A stretch of DNA of 64,000 nucleotides, from positions 21,041,846 to 21,105,845 of the forward strand of contig NC_090414.1 in the NCBI RefSeq assembly GCF_036365525.1, in the 5' to 3' direction. Position 1 is the first letter of the stretch, and each line of letters begins with the position of its first letter. The stretch is from Heterodontus francisci (lineage: Eukaryota). Under the pieces are notes generated by a model. That model did no database searches. It was not told the DNA's origin and worked only from the letters and a program-made list of their open reading frames with translations. Shown in pieces: positions 24,201 to 37,633 of this stretch. The position numbers were made by a program, and so were the translations under genes.

Positions 24201-25681
24201 ATGTCAACATCACAGAAGCACCGAGATTTTGTGGCGGAGCCCATGGGGGAGAAATCAGTCAAGTGCCTAGCTGGTATCGGAGAGATCCTCGGAAAACGGC
24301 TAGAAGATCAGGGATTTGACAGGGTAGGTACTGTGTATAGTTTGTTGTTGAAAGGTCGTCGACCTGAAGCGCTCCAATCTGTAATTACATTGAATTTATA
24401 GCACAGAAGCAGGCCATTCGGCCCACTTAGTCCATGCTGGTGTTTCTGCTCCACATGAGCCTCCTCCCACACCTCTTCATCGCACCCCCTCAGCATGTCA
24501 TTCGATGCCTTTCTCCCTCCTGTGTTTATCCAGCTTCCCCTTAAACGCTTCTAATGCGTTTGCCTCAAATGCAGGGCTCATAACGGTCCTGGGTTGTTTG
24601 TGATCTATCTCAGTGATTTAGACTTAAATGTAGGGAGGGGGTGGGGGGGGGGATGTTTCAGACATTTGTAGATGAGATGGAAATTGGCTGTGTGGTTGAT
24701 CGTGAGAAAAGATAGCTGTAGACTGCAGGAAGATATCAATGGATTGGTCAGGTGGGCAGTGAAGTGGCTAATGCAGTTTAATTGGAGAAGGTGAGGTAAT
24801 GCATTTGGGGAGGGCAAACAGGGCAGGGGAACACAATAAATGGTAGCATTCTCAAAAGTGTAGGGGGAACCTTGGAGTCTACAAGTTCCTGAAGGTAGCA
24901 GGACAGCTCGATAAGGTTAAGATGGGATACGGAATACTTCCCTTTATTGGCCTGGACATAGTTTAGAAGAGCAGGGACGTTACGCTAGAACTTGTGTTAA
25001 ACACTAGTTGGGCTGCAGCTGGAGTACTGTGCACAGTTTTGATCGCTGCTTTACAGGGAGGATGTGATCACACTAGAGACGGTACAGAGGAGGTTTACGA
25101 GGATTTTAGCATGAGGCAGGATTGGATAGGTTGAGGTTGGAACAGAAGAGGCGAAGGAGAGATTTAATTGAGGTATGTTGAGTTCTGTTGTGTCTAGCTG
25201 GAGTGGATAGGACGGACCTATTTCCATTAAGAGGTCAGTAACCAGGGGGCATTGAAAGTAATTGGAAGGATTTGAGGAGTTTTCACTGAGAGGGTGGTGG
25301 GTGTCTGGAACTCGCTGCCTGAAAGGGTGGTAGAGGCAGAAACTCTCAACATTTATATTAAAAAATGGATATGCACTCATTGTACCATAACCCAGAGCTA
25401 TGTTTAGACTGGACAGACTCATTGGGCCAAATATCCGCCTCCTATGCTGTATGTTTCTGCCACTCCCTGTGGCACGGGTTCTGTGTTCTTGCCATTCCTT
25501 GGATAGTCCAGTGAATATATGTTTCTTTCCTCAGGCGTATGTGGTGTTGGGACAGTTCCTGGTCTTGAGGAAGAACGAAGATCTCTTTAAAGAGTGGCTG
25601 AAGGATACGTGCCAGGCCAACTCCAAGCAATCCAACGATTGCCACACCTGCCTAAGGGAGTGGTGCGATGCCTTTCTGTAA
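24201..25681 (+). CDS. BANF1: Barrier-to-autointegration factor, 89 aa
   Basis: Exons 24201-24323 ([41 protein letters not shown]) and 25535-25681 ([48 protein letters not shown]); AATAAA at 26279. Confidence 0.97.
24655..25460 (+). mobile_element. Decayed CR1 LINE fragment in BANF1 intron
   Basis: Recognisable CR1 ORF2 3' motifs (ctggagtactgtgcacagttttg, gtacagaggaggtttac, tggaactcgctgcctgaaagggtggtagaggc) with many stops. Confidence 0.7.
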
Positions 25682-26644
25682 AGCTCCCGGCTGCAGCTCT
25701 CCTCTCCCTCCCTCCCTCTTCCTTTGTACTTTTATCGATCTTAAAATGGTGTTAAATTATCCGCTTTGCCTTTATCTCCACCCCCTCCCCTCCCCTCCCC
25801 CCGCCCCACTTCGTGGTTGACGCCCGGAGGTTTTTTTTTTCTGTCTTTCTCTCTGCTGAAATTGTCATCAATTGCTGCTTTGGTGACTGAGTGACCGTTG
25901 TGAATTGATACCAATGAAGGAATGACCACATGAGCTACACCAGCTAATGTGAGGGGGGGAAACTTGTTTGGCTGATAACGTATGCGCGCACTCACCACAG
26001 CGAGGCCCCCTTGAACCTCCCCCCACCCCGTTCCATTAATTGTAGTGTACACTGTTTGATACCCAGTGCACAGCTCACTCCGCAGAGCTCTTTCTCGCGT
26101 GTGAGCTGGCTTGCTGCTTTCCGAAGCGGGGTGAAGGTGTGCTGAATCAACTTGTGAATCGTTTTATTCATTCTTAACCCTCGGGCTTTTCCCTCCTGAT
26201 CTGACTTCCCCCCCCTTGTACTTTTCACAGTGGGTGAGATTCAGCATCGCTATGGAAACCTGTTATTAAATTTTATATAATAAAACACATTAAAAGTCGT
26301 CTTGTCCTTGTGATTTCCTTCTTTCTGCAGTCTCTCTGCCTTTCCTGACCCTCTGGCACCTCATTCCTGTATAAGGCGAAAGAAGTGAGTGTTGGCCCGC
26401 TATTCAACTGTGGGGGCAGTGTATTTCTGACAGTGGGCCTGGGGAATTAATAATGGAAAACGGGGATGAATTGAACAGATATTTTGATTAGAGATACCCT
26501 TTTAGGGAATATTAGATGCAGGACATGAACTAGATTTACTACAGATCTTTCAGACCTGTAACACAGGTTGTATGCCCACTCTAATAGACTACATCTTTAG
26601 ATGTCACACCTGGAGTAATTTTCAAGCTTTATTAGTTTCTGAAG

Positions 26645-27960
26645 CACTGTCTTCACTGTAGAGGATACAAATAACATCCCAGAAATAATTGTGTATCAGG
26701 AGGTGAAAGGGAGGGAGGAACTTAAAACGTTTACAATCACCAGGGAAAGGGTACTGAAAAATTATTAAAACTAAAAGCTGACAATTCCCCAGGTCCTGAT
26801 GGACTTCATCCTAGGGTCTTAAAAGAAGTGGCTGCTGAGATAGTGGATGCAATGGTTTTAATGTTCCACAATTCCCTAGATTCTGGAAAGGTCCCATCAG
26901 ATTGGAAAATAGTGAATGTGACTCCTCTTCAAGAAAGGAGGAAGACAGGAAGCTACAGACCAGTTAGTTTAACATCTGTCATAGGGAAAATGCTGGAATC
27001 TATTATTAAGGAGGTTATAGCAGGGCACTTAGAAAATCTCAATGCAATCAAGCAGAGTCAACATGGTCTTATGAAAGGGAAATCGTGTTTGACTAATTTA
27101 TTGGAGTTCTTTGAGGAAGTAACAAACAACGTGGATAAGGGGGAACCTGTGGATGCGTTATACTTGGATTTCCAGAAGGCATTTGACGAGGTGCCACATC
27201 AAAGGTTACTGCACAAAATAGGAGCTCATGGTGTTGAGGGTAACATACGAGCATGGATGGAGGATTGGCTAGCTAGCAAGAAACAAGAGTAGGCATAAAT
27301 GGGTCATTTTCAGGTTGGCAAGATGTGATGAATGGAGTGCCACGGGGATCAGTGCTGGGGCCTCAACAATCTATATCAATGACGTGGATGAAGGGACAGA
27401 ATGTCTGGTTGCTAAATTTGCTGATGACACAAAGGTAGGAAAATTAGTTGTGAAGAGGAAATAAGGAAACTGCAAAGGGATTATAGATAGGTTGTGAGTG
27501 GGCAAAAATTTGGTAAATGGAGTATAATGTGGGAAAATGTGAAGTTCTCCACTTTGGCAGGCAGAATAGTAAAGCAGCATATTATTTAAATGGAGAGAGA
27601 TTGCTGAACTCTGAGGTACAGAGGGATCTGTGTCCTGGTATATGAATCACAAAAGATTGATATGCAGATACAAGAGGTGATTAGGAAGGCAAAAGGAATG
27701 TTGTTTATTGCAAGGGAAATGGAATATAAAAGTAAGGATATTTTGCCACAGTTTTATAGGGTATTGGTGAGACCATATTTGGAATACTGTGTACAGTTTT
27801 GGTCTCCTTATTTAAGAATATAAGGTAGATAAATTCTTGACTATCAAGGGAGTCAAAGGGTATCAGGGGGTAGGCAGGAAAGTGGAGTCGGGGCTACAGT
27901 CAGATCTTCCATGATCTCATCAAATGGAAGAGGGGGCCGAATGGCCTACGCCTGACCAAA
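26645..27960 (+). mobile_element. CR1 LINE fragment (RT)
   Basis: SPGPDGLHPRVLKEVA; YRPVSLTSVIGKMLESII; QHG.MKGKSCLTNLLEFF; YLDFQKAFD; KFADD. Confidence 0.92.
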
Positions 27961-27974
27961 AGTTCAGTGAAAGA

Positions 27975-28300
27975 AGTAGGTTTTTAAGGAGCGTCTTCAA
28001 GGAGGAGAGAGGCGGAGAGGTTTAGGGAGGGAATTCCAGAGCTGAGGGACCCAGGCAGCTGAAGGCACGGCCGCCAATGGTGGAGCGATGGGAAATCGGG
28101 GTATGTGCAAGAGGCCAGAACTGGGGCAGTGCAGAGATTTCGGAGGGCTGGAGGAGGTGAGGGAGATAGGGAGAGACGAGGCCATGGGTCAATTTGAAAG
28201 CCCGGGTGAGAATTCCAGAAGTGAGGTTTTGCCGGACCGGGAGCCGGTGAGTAAGCACGGGATGATGGGTGAGCGGGACTTAGTGCAAGTTGGGATACAG
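27975..28300 (-). mobile_element. L2-like LINE 3' fragment
   Basis: Minus frames give IGGRAFSC and LWNSLPKPLR, an L2-type ORF2 end; related copies at ~21800, 33360, 60120, 60360. Confidence 0.65.
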
Positions 28301-30132
28301 ACAGCAAGAGCTTGGGTTTTATTCTACGTTAGCAATGGTCGCTCACAAAATCTGGCTCTGTGTCATGTGGTGTGTGTCCCTTTAAGTCCATAAGGTTCTG
28401 TTACTCAGCTATTGCGGAGGCCACTGCTCGGGTCACAGGGCACATCTTGCAGCTGTAATCCTGTGTTTGAATGCGGGTTTCCACAGCATCGCAGCTGCTG
28501 CTGGTGGACGCTCTGGTAGGTGGTACTGCAGCTGGAGTGGGTTTTTTTTTAGGGTGAGGATTATGAAGCTTTGATGGATAGAAATGTGGCCCTACTGCAT
28601 ACAATTCCGGTCTCAAGGAAGCATGTATTTTCCTTAGACTGTGCACAACGCAGGTTCACTGGACTGATTCTTGGGATGAGTGAGTGGTCCGACGAGGAGA
28701 GATTGAGCACACGGGGCCGATATTCCCTGTAGTTTAGAAGAATGGGAGGTAATCTCATTGAAATGTACAAAATTCTTAAGAGGGCTTGATAGGATAGAGG
28801 CCGAGGGGCTGTTTCCCCCTTGCTGGAAAGTCTAAAATGGGATTGTCCAACATCCGGCCCACCAGTCTACCTGTGGCTCAGCTCTGATTAACAATTCCCA
28901 TGTACGGGGGGGAGCAGTGACAGGGGGAGAGGGATGGGGGCAGGAGAGAGACAGAAAGGGGAGGAGAGTCATAGAGTCATTTACTTACAGCACAGGAGGC
29001 CATTTGACCCATCAAGTCCACGCCAGCTTCCTCATATTCCCCCCTGCGTCTTTTGCACAAAACTTTCAATGCGTCCCCTAAAGGGGAGGGAAGAGAGAAC
29101 GAGAGACACACACACGTACAGCACTGGGAGAGGGGGGGGGGGGGGGGGTGGGGGAAGAGAGATCAAGGTCTCTCCTGAAAGGTGGACATCTCTCCAGAAT
29201 ACTCTGTATCGCTACATCAAGTGTCCGGGCAGAGACTGACTACTTATTAAAGCAAACAAAATGCCTGGTACGTCACTAAATCAGTTTTCAATATAGTGAC
29301 GAGAAAGTAAGTGCATAAATTAATCTTGTCATTTAAAGCTTCTTCACAAAAATGTACATTTGTTGTTTTTATTAGTGAGATAAATTTTTAATGCCTTTAT
29401 CTTTCGAAATTTGCTCAACGAACCCCCGGGCCGAGCAAAAACTCACAATGCGGCCCTCAGCCTGAAAAGGGTGTTAACCCTGGTATAGAACGAGGGGGCA
29501 TAGTCTCAAGGTAAGGAGTTGGCCATTTAGCAATGTCTTCACTCAGAGGGTTGTCAACCTTTCGGTTTATTGACCGGCCGGAGAGCTGTGATTGCTGAGT
29601 CTTTGAGTATATTCAAGGCTGAGATCGATAGGGTTTTGGGGGCGCTAATGGAGTCACAGGAAGTGGAGTTGAGATAGACAATCAGCCATGATTTTATTAA
29701 ATGGTGGGGGCCAGATACGAGGGGCCAAATGGCCTCCCCCTCCTATTTCTGAAGTTTCTGGGAGATGAACGGCCTCCATTATGGCGGGCAGCTTGGTGCA
29801 AGGCTCGTGACAAGCCAGATGCGCACAGCCTCCCACATTGACAGCAGCCACAAACGTGGGTGTGCAGTGCCTGTCCCTGCATCAGTATCATGTGCCCCCC
29901 TCCCCTCCCCCATGCACACACAGGTGGGGTGGGCTGAGAGGTCACAATGGGCAGTTACCCATACCTGCTGGTCAGTCCTGAGTGATGCTGACACCATAAT
30001 GGCTGACCTCACTATACTGGGGTTTGCACCTCACTGCAACACCACACTGATCCCAGCAACCGGCAGAAAGTGGACTTGGCTTACAAAGAGGACAAAGCTA
30101 CTGCAGTTAGTGCAGCTGATTGGGAATCAAAG

Positions 30133-33051
30133 ATGGAATTGCGAGCATCTGCCGTTACTGATTTCAACATAGATAAAGGTGAGAGGGTGTTAACGGAGGG
30201 GAGAGCTATTTTAGGGAGGAATCTTTTATATTAGATACAGAGTAAAGCTCCCTCTACACCGTCCCCCATCAAATACTCCCAAGACAGGTACAGCACAGGA
30301 TTAAATACAGAGTAAAGCTCCCTCTACACTGTCCCCATCAAATACTCCCAGGACAGGTACAGCACGGGGTTAGATACAGAGTAAAGCTCCCTCTACACTG
30401 TCCCCCATCAAACACTCCCAGGACAGGTACAGTATGGGGTTAGATACAGAGTAAAGCTCCCTCTACACTGTCCCCCATCAAACACTCCCAGGACAGGTAC
30501 AGTACGGGGGTTAGATACAGAGTAAAGCTCCCTCTACACTGTCCCCCATCAAACACTCCCAGGACAGGTACAGCACGGGGTTAGATACAGAGTAAAGCTC
30601 CCTCTACACTGTCCCCCATCAAACACTCCTGGCTCAGGGATGTTAGATGATCTCATCCTATCTTCAGTTGACATCCAATGCATGAAAGTTTCTACAGGAG
30701 ACACTGGATAGCCATGAGGAGCAGGTCCCGGGCTCCTTTGGCCCCTTCTCCTGCCCTGGGATCTGAGACTAGCTGTGTCCTCTTCTAAGTGCTGCCTTCA
30801 GCAGAGACTGCCTAACTTTAACTTGGCAGTAGAGCTTGCTCCTGCAGTATGTAAAAGCCCCAAACTGATTGTGAATCAATTGTTAAACCAGTATCCAAAC
30901 AGCGTGTGTTTTTTTTTTGCACACAAGGAAGAGGTTTGGGGTGAGGACAGGAGAGACTGAAAAACACAATTAGGGAGAGGGACTGAAAAATAGAGGTAAA
31001 GAGAGGAGGCAAATGTGACAGAGACTGGGAGAAAGAGATAGAAAGATGGAGATAAACAATGACAGATGAACAGAGTGAAAGACAAACAGGGATGGAGAAA
31101 TGGAGGGAGGTGTCACACAACCTGGGTGTACTGATTAATATAGATTGATTTATCAGTCTGTCTCTCAGTCTAGCTTTCTCCTTTAATCTTTCTCACTCTC
31201 TCTCTCTCTCTCTCCGTCTCTCACTGTCTGTAACATATCAGCCTAATCCTACCTTCGTTGTTGAAGGGTTTCAGAGAACCTGTTGCCTCCTTTTCCCCGG
31301 TCACTCCCCCCTCCCAGGCCCTGTCCCTCATCTCTCTCTCTCGCCCTCAATTCCAGTCCTGCTCTATCCCCATGGTTACTCACTCTCTCACCTTTTTTTC
31401 CTCTGACACCAATTTTGATCACTGTCAAGAACCTCTCACCGCTTCATTCTCTCCATCTCACTATTTCTTTCGCTCTGCCACTCTCCATCACTCACTTTCT
31501 CCATCTTTTTGTGTCTTTTATTCATTGTCTCCCTCTGTACGTGTCCCACTCTCCCTCTTTGTGTCTCTCTCTCCCTCAGTCTTTCTCTCTCCCTCTGTCT
31601 CTCTCACCTTCTACCTGTCTCTCTCCGTCTGTTTCTCTCTCACCATCTCTCTCTGTCTTTCTCACAGTCTTCTCTCTCAGTCTCTCTCTCTCCCTTTCTC
31701 TTTACATTGACTGTTCCAGATGTCAGTGACCATAAACCCCTCTGCACTGTGTTCAATTCTGGGCATGAGGGAGGGATGAGGGAGGGCAGAGGGTCTAATT
31801 GGATAGATAGGCACAAACACGATGGGCTAAATGGCCTGCTGCTGTGATGGTATGAACATGGAGCTGGTGGTGTCTCTGTGGGACTGCTGCCCTTGTCCTT
31901 CTAAGCAGTGGAACTTGCCGGTTTGGTGGTAAAGATTTCATCGGTCCCAGTGCCTCCCCTGGCATCTGCTCTCCTCTCACTAACTGTGTGTCTCTCTCTC
32001 TCTCGCTGCCTATTCCAGACCACCCTCCTAGCTATCCCACGGCCCACACAACATCGCAAAAGCACAAGAACTTTGTGGTGGAGCCCATGAAGGAGAAGTC
32101 TGTGAAGGAGCTGGCAGGTATCGGCCTGGTCCTGGGAGGGCGCCTGGAAGAGAAGGGCTTCTGCAAGGTGAGGCTTCGGGCTCGCTGCCCTGGTGGGGTG
32201 GGGTGGGGGGTCACAGGGTGAGTGTCACAGTGCACAGGACATGTGGCGCGGAGGGGGCTGGTGGACTGAACTTGCCTTTTGCTAAACCGCACCCACCCAA
32301 TTGTCCTCTTCAAACTCATGATGTAAGACGACAAAGCTCATCCTTAGTTGCCCTTTGAGAAGGTTGGAAGTGGGTCTCCCTCTGGATTTTGACCCAGCGG
32401 CGATGACGGAATGGCCAATATATGGGCAGAAGATCTAGGCTGACATTCCCAGTGTCAGTACCGAGGGAGTGCTGCACTGTCAGAGGCGCCGGCTTTCAGA
32501 TGGGACATGAGGAGGGGGCCCCCCCGTCAGCCCTCTCAGGTGGATGCAAAAGATCCCACGGCCACTATTTTGAAGAGGGTGGGCTCTCTCTCCCCAGTGT
32601 CCTGCTCCGATGTTTAGCCCTCAGATCACATTGCTCTGTGGGATCTTACTGTGCGCAAATCGTCTGCCCAATCTTGATGCCAAGTGACTTCAAAAATGAA
32701 TGGACTTTGTGGCTGAGCTCGGGCAGGTCAGGCCTGAGCCCAAAGGTACCCTGGGGACTGTGTGGATGGGGCCACTATGCTTAGTGTTGCATTATATATA
32801 ACATGCGCGCATACGAGAGTTTGTGCGTGCGCGAGTACTGAGATGCTTTTTGTGTGCCGAGTAGACTGTTGTTTTAATCCCTTTTGATCGGTCCCTGTTT
32901 CCAGGCCAAAGACGTGCTGGGCCAGTTCCTACTACTGAAACAGGATAAAGCTGCCTTCAAAAGCTGGATGAGGCAGGTGTGTTACGCGGGGAACCGGCAA
33001 TCAGAAGACTGTTACCGCTGCCTCAGAGAGTGGTGTGATGCCTTTCTTTAA
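30133..33051 (+). CDS. BANF1-like tandem paralog with N-terminal extension (about 113 aa predicted)
   Basis: Well-supported exons 32019-32167 ([49 protein letters not shown]) and 32905-33051 ([48 protein letters not shown]), same intron position as BANF1; AATAAA at 33199. The first coding exon 30133-30178 (aagATGg, [15 protein letters not shown], phase-1 gtgaga donor) is inferred. Confidence 0.85.
30230..30630. repeat. 70-bp satellite array (~5.5 units)
   Basis: Unit gttagatacagagtaaagctccctctacactgtcccccatcaaacactcccaggacaggtacagcacggg. Confidence 0.95.
32440..32700 (+). mobile_element. Deu-domain SINE fragment
   Basis: gagggagtgctgcactgtcagagg...caggtggatgcaaaagatcccac...gtgggatcttactgtgcgca. 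Confidence 0.7.
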
Positions 33052-33514
33052 AAGGCCTCCTACCTCGCTTAATTCACAGAGTAATAACCTCCTCGAAAAT
33101 GTCCCAATAATCCTTAAGTGTTATTTATTGATCTTTGCAGCCCAAGGTCACGAGGGGGCTTCCAGATTTTATGCTGTGTGTTTAAAAGCTGATTTATTAA
33201 TAAAACTGGCAGGCGTCAGTCTGTTTCCAAGACGAACAGCTTCCATCTTGTCCAGAAACAACATACGTAAAGACTTGCATTTTAGCGCCTCTGATGTGAC
33301 CATTAGAAACGTGACAGCAATGGAGAGAGATATCAGGTGCCTAAACAGCACGGTCTGAAGTAGATTTTAAGGAGGAAAGAGGCGGATAGATTTAAGGAGG
33401 GGATTCCAGAGCTCAGGGCCCCCCAGGCAGCTGAAGGCACGGCCGCCAATGGTGGAGCGATGGGAATCGGGGGATGGGCCAAGAGGCCGGAATTGGAGGA
33501 GCGCAGAGATCTCG

Positions 33515-34455
33515 GAGGGTTGTGGGGGCTGGAGGAGGTTACGGAGATAGGGAGGGTTGTAGGGGCTGGAGGAGGTTACAGAGATAGGGAGGGTTGTAGG
33601 GGCTGGAGGAGGTTACAGAGATAGGGAGGGTTGTAGGGGCTGGAGGAGGTTACGGAGATAGGGAGGGTTGTAGGGGCTGGAGGAGGTTACAGAGATAGGG
33701 AGGGTTGTAGGGGCTGGAGGAGGTTACGGAAATAGGGAGGGTTGGAAGAGGTTACAGAGATAGGGAGGGTTGTGGGGGCTGGAGGAGGTTACAGAGATAG
33801 GGATGGTTGTAGGAGCTGGAGGAGGTTACAGAGATAGGGAGGGTTGTAGGGGCTGGAGGAGGTTACGGAGATAGGGAAGGTTGTAGGGGCTGGAGGAGGT
33901 TACGGAGATAGGGAGGGTTGGAGGAGGTTACAGAGATAGGGAGGGTTGTAGGGGCTGGAGGAGGTTACAGAGATAGGGATGGTTGTAGGAGCTGGAGGAG
34001 GTTACAGAGATAGGGAGGGTTGTAGGGGCTGGAGGAGGTTACGGAGATAGGGAGGGTTGTAGGGGCTGGAGGAGGTTACGGAGATAGGGAAGGTTGTAGG
34101 GGCTGGAGGAGGTTACAGAGATAGGGAGGGTTGTAGGGGCTGGAGGAGGTTACAGAGATAGGGATGGTTGTAGGGGCTGGAGGAGGTTACAGAGATAGGG
34201 AGGGTTGTAGGGGCTGGAGGAGGTTACAGAGATAGGGAGGGTTGTAGGGGCTGGAGGAGGTTACAGAGATAGGGAGGGTTGTAGGGGCTGGAGGAGGTTA
34301 CAGAGACAGGGAGGGTTGTAGGGGCTGGAGGAGGTTACAGAGATAGGGGAGGGTTGTAGGGGCTGGAGGAGGTTACAGAGAGGGATGGTTGTAGGGGCTG
34401 GAGGAGGTTACAGAGATAGGGAGGGTTGTAGGGGCTGGAGGAGGTTACAGAGACG
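33515..34455. repeat. 37-bp purine-rich minisatellite grown from an L2 fragment (33360-33520)
   Basis: Unit gggagggttgtaggggctggaggaggttacagagata, ~25 copies, directly continuing the L2-like sequence. Confidence 0.93.
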
Positions 34456-34751
34456 GGGAACAAGACCATGAAGAAACTTGACAACAAGCTTGGGAATGTT
34501 AAAATCACTGAGGGAAGAATGTGGAACTCACTACCACAGGGAGTGGTTGAGGTGAATAGTATCGATGCATTTAAGGGGGAAGCTGGATAAACACGAGGGA
34601 GAAAGGAATAGAAGGAGATGGTGATGGGGAGAGATGGAGAGGGGGTGGGAGGAGGCTCGAGTGCAGCATGAACACATGGATGGAGCAGATGATGTACATT
34701 CTATGTTATCACAAAATGTGATTTTTTTTGTGCTCATCACATTGCAGAATA

Positions 34752-34956
34752 TTAGATACAGAGTAAAGCTCCCTCTACACTCTCCCCCATCAAACACTCC
34801 CAGGACAGGTACAGCACGGGGTTAGATACAGAGTAAAGCTCCCTCTACACTCTCCCCCATCAAACACTCCCAGGACAGGTACAGCACGGGGTTAGATACA
34901 GAGTAAAGCTCCCTCTACACTCTCCCCCATCAAACACTCCCAGGACAGGTACAGCA
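34752..34956. repeat. 70-bp satellite array (~3 units), truncated by the Tx1 insertion
   Basis: Same unit as 30230; breaks off at ...caggacaggtacagca. Confidence 0.95.
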
Positions 34957-35622
34957 TTGGGGTTGGCTGCTGTCTAATTGGTGTGTTGACTGCTGGTTGC
35001 AGCAACAAGCCTCAGCTGAGAGTGCTGGTGGCAGTTGGAGGTTGCTGAGGTGGAGAGAGCAGCTACACTGAGCAGCGGAAAGCTTTAACAATCACCATTA
35101 AAGAGAAGAGTCTTTTTGTTGGAACCAAGGCTTTGTCTGGAGGTGGGGGCTGAACACCAGTAATTTACTTTACTTTGGACTGTTGGGGGAAGAACAAGTG
35201 GCCGGAACAACAAGGGGTGGGGCTGCCAATTCAGCAGGAATCTGTGCTGCTGCAACAAGCACACAGGGAAGCTCCCTCCCCACACCAATTGCCCAACCTG
35301 GGTCAGCTGAAGCTATCCGGCTAAAGAGACGGAAGGGGATAGATAGTGCCTGGGCAGCTTCAGCTGACTCAGGTGAAGATACCTCCCTCAACCAGAAGAC
35401 CGGAAGACCAAGTGTGCTGGCATTGACTGTTTTAAGTGTGCTGTGTGCACCACCTCCGGAAAGCAAGTCATCCCTTACAGCCTGTCTTTCCCTCTCCTCC
35501 ATACCCTCAGCCTCTCCCCTAACATGTTGTTTGTTTTTTATAGATATTTAATATCTTCTATGAATCTTTTTGTTATTCGGTTTGCAAGCCCACAATTTGG
35601 GGTGGGTTTAGCTGTTAGACCC

Positions 35623-37565
35623 ATGGCAAGCCCTTCATCACCGGTGGCGGGGCCCTCTACAACCTATGCAGCTGCAGCCTCTGTGGCTGCCCACGTGGCC
35701 CCGTCACCCTTTAAATTGATAACATCCAGCCATGGGGTGAAGAGCTATCCCCACCCCAACATGTCCATTGAGGCCTGCATAAAGGCAATGGCCAAGGTTG
35801 TCAGCCCTTCGGCCATTGTTGCAGCTTCAAAGATGTACGGGAAGGCTGTGTTCTTCCTGAAGACCGAGCGGGTGGTGTCCCTGGCCCTGAGTAAAGGGAT
35901 CACTGTGGGGGGGACCTTCCTGCTGGTGGACCCTCTGGGGGCCACTGCGCAGCGGATCATGCTATCAAACGTCCCGCCCTTCATTCCCAGTGAGCTCCTC
36001 CTCCCCCACCTACACCATCTGGGGGAGGTGAGGTCGGAGATCACCCCAATCCCGCTCGGTCTTCGGGAGCACAGCCTCCAACATGTCTACTCCTTCCGCC
36101 GCCAGCTATTTGTGCAGCTGGCAGAGAGCCACTTCAGTGTGGAGTTCCAGGGGAAGGCCTATTGTGTCTTCTGGACCTCGGACGGGGTGCGCTGCCACGT
36201 CTGCAACCTCCCGACCGCCAACTCCATCTCGGCGTCCCAGTGTGGCGCCACTGCACCTCCTCCCACTCCCCCAAAATCTCCTACAGACACCGCTCAGTTG
36301 GTTCCGGAGGCTGTGATTTTCAAGGCCTCCGGCAGGGAGGGGAGTGCCCATCCGGGTGGAAGGAAGGCACGGAGGAAAAATAAACATCAAGAGGCGCATC
36401 GCCTGGACACATTGACACAACCCGAGCCTGAGCTCAGCCCAAGGCCCGATCTTGGGGAGCCCACTTGCCCCAGGGCTGGGCTCAGGCCTTGGGTGACTAA
36501 AAAAAAGGAGGGTGCTGAGGTGGAGGCCTCTGATGACATGGAGGTCTCTGAGCCTCTGCGCCCAACTGGGAAAAAGAGAAGGCACCCCTCCACAGAGGTA
36601 ACACAGGGCCATGAGGTGCAGGGCCCATCTGTTGGAGGGGAGCTGCCTCCTGTTTCGGGTCCCCAGGTTCCCCCTGCCACCACCCATCATCAAGGCTGCA
36701 AAGTCTGAGCAGGAGCTCCCTACCCCTCAGGATGGAGGGGAGGGGAGGGGGAGGCCCCTCCTGGAGGAGTAAGTGGAGGCCTGCTTGTGGTGGGGGAGCC
36801 TGGGGACGCATCCCATTCTGCCACTTGGTCAAGTGCCCTGAGTGGAGGGGAGGGCAGGGCCCCAAAGGGTCGGCCCTCCCGTCCGGAGTCCACCACCAAC
36901 CAGGAGATACCCCACCCAGTTGTAATTGAAAATTTTGTCCCATCTGCTGGGTCTGTGGGTGCTGGCTGAGCAGGAGATGGCCTCCTCTCTTCACCTCTGG
37001 TCCCGGCTCCAGCTGCATTTCCGGAGTTGGGAAGTTCCGTCTTCCCTGGACCGCTCATTGGCCTGGGGACGAAGGTGGAGGGGGGGGTCCTGAACCGCTG
37101 ACGCCCACAGGCTCCGGGTTCACAGTAGAACCCAGAGAGGACTCCTCTGCCATCGATCCTGGGGGTGGGATCGTGACGGAGGCGGGACCAGCTGGTACGG
37201 CCAGGACGTCCAGCCCACAGTGTGTGGTGGGTGTGCCAGCCGCTGGCGGTGACGACCCGGAGGAGGATGGGGATTCGGTGTGGGGCACGGAGGACGACCT
37301 TGATTCCATTGCCAGTGAGGTGGTGGAGTCCCTCATGCCTCCCACCGAGTCTCCTCACATCCCCACGGCGGAACTCCGGGATTTCCTCGCAGCTTGCAGG
37401 GGTTGCCGCAATAAAGTTCAGCTACCCCTCGGCCGTTGGTCGAATCTGGCGCTGATCATCCAGTCCGTCCGTGCCGCCCTCAAGAAAGTGGGCAAGGGTG
37501 CGGGCGTAAAACTGGTTGAGAGGCGCCGGTTTAATGTGTTCCTCAATGGGTTGCTGGAGGAGTGA
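35623..37565 (+). pseudogene. Tx1 ORF1 (RRM/zinc-knuckle nucleic-acid-binding protein), disrupted
   Basis: Tx1-type ORF1 motifs; knuckle reduced to CHVC; broken over frames 35443-36708, 36787-36969, 37173-37565. Confidence 0.8.
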
Positions 37566-37633
37566 AAGGCCAGGTGCACTTCCGCTCCCTCCTCACAGTG
37601 AGCTGTTGGTGACGGGTTTTAAGTACCTTTGAC

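Noticed and set aside
31720-31790. Alternative ATG exon for the BAF paralog (cag|ATGTCAGTG)
   Set aside because: No phase-compatible strong donor found before an in-frame stop; cannot be fully excluded as an alternative exon.
32019-33051. BANF2 ortholog or processed pseudogene
   Set aside because: It has an intron and an intact frame, and retains TTSQKH and AGIG typical of BANF1, so the BANF2 symbol was not assigned.
35443-36708. Domesticated ZCCHC3-like host gene
   Set aside because: Directly followed by Tx1 ORF2, zinc knuckle deleted and frame broken; it is the element's ORF1.
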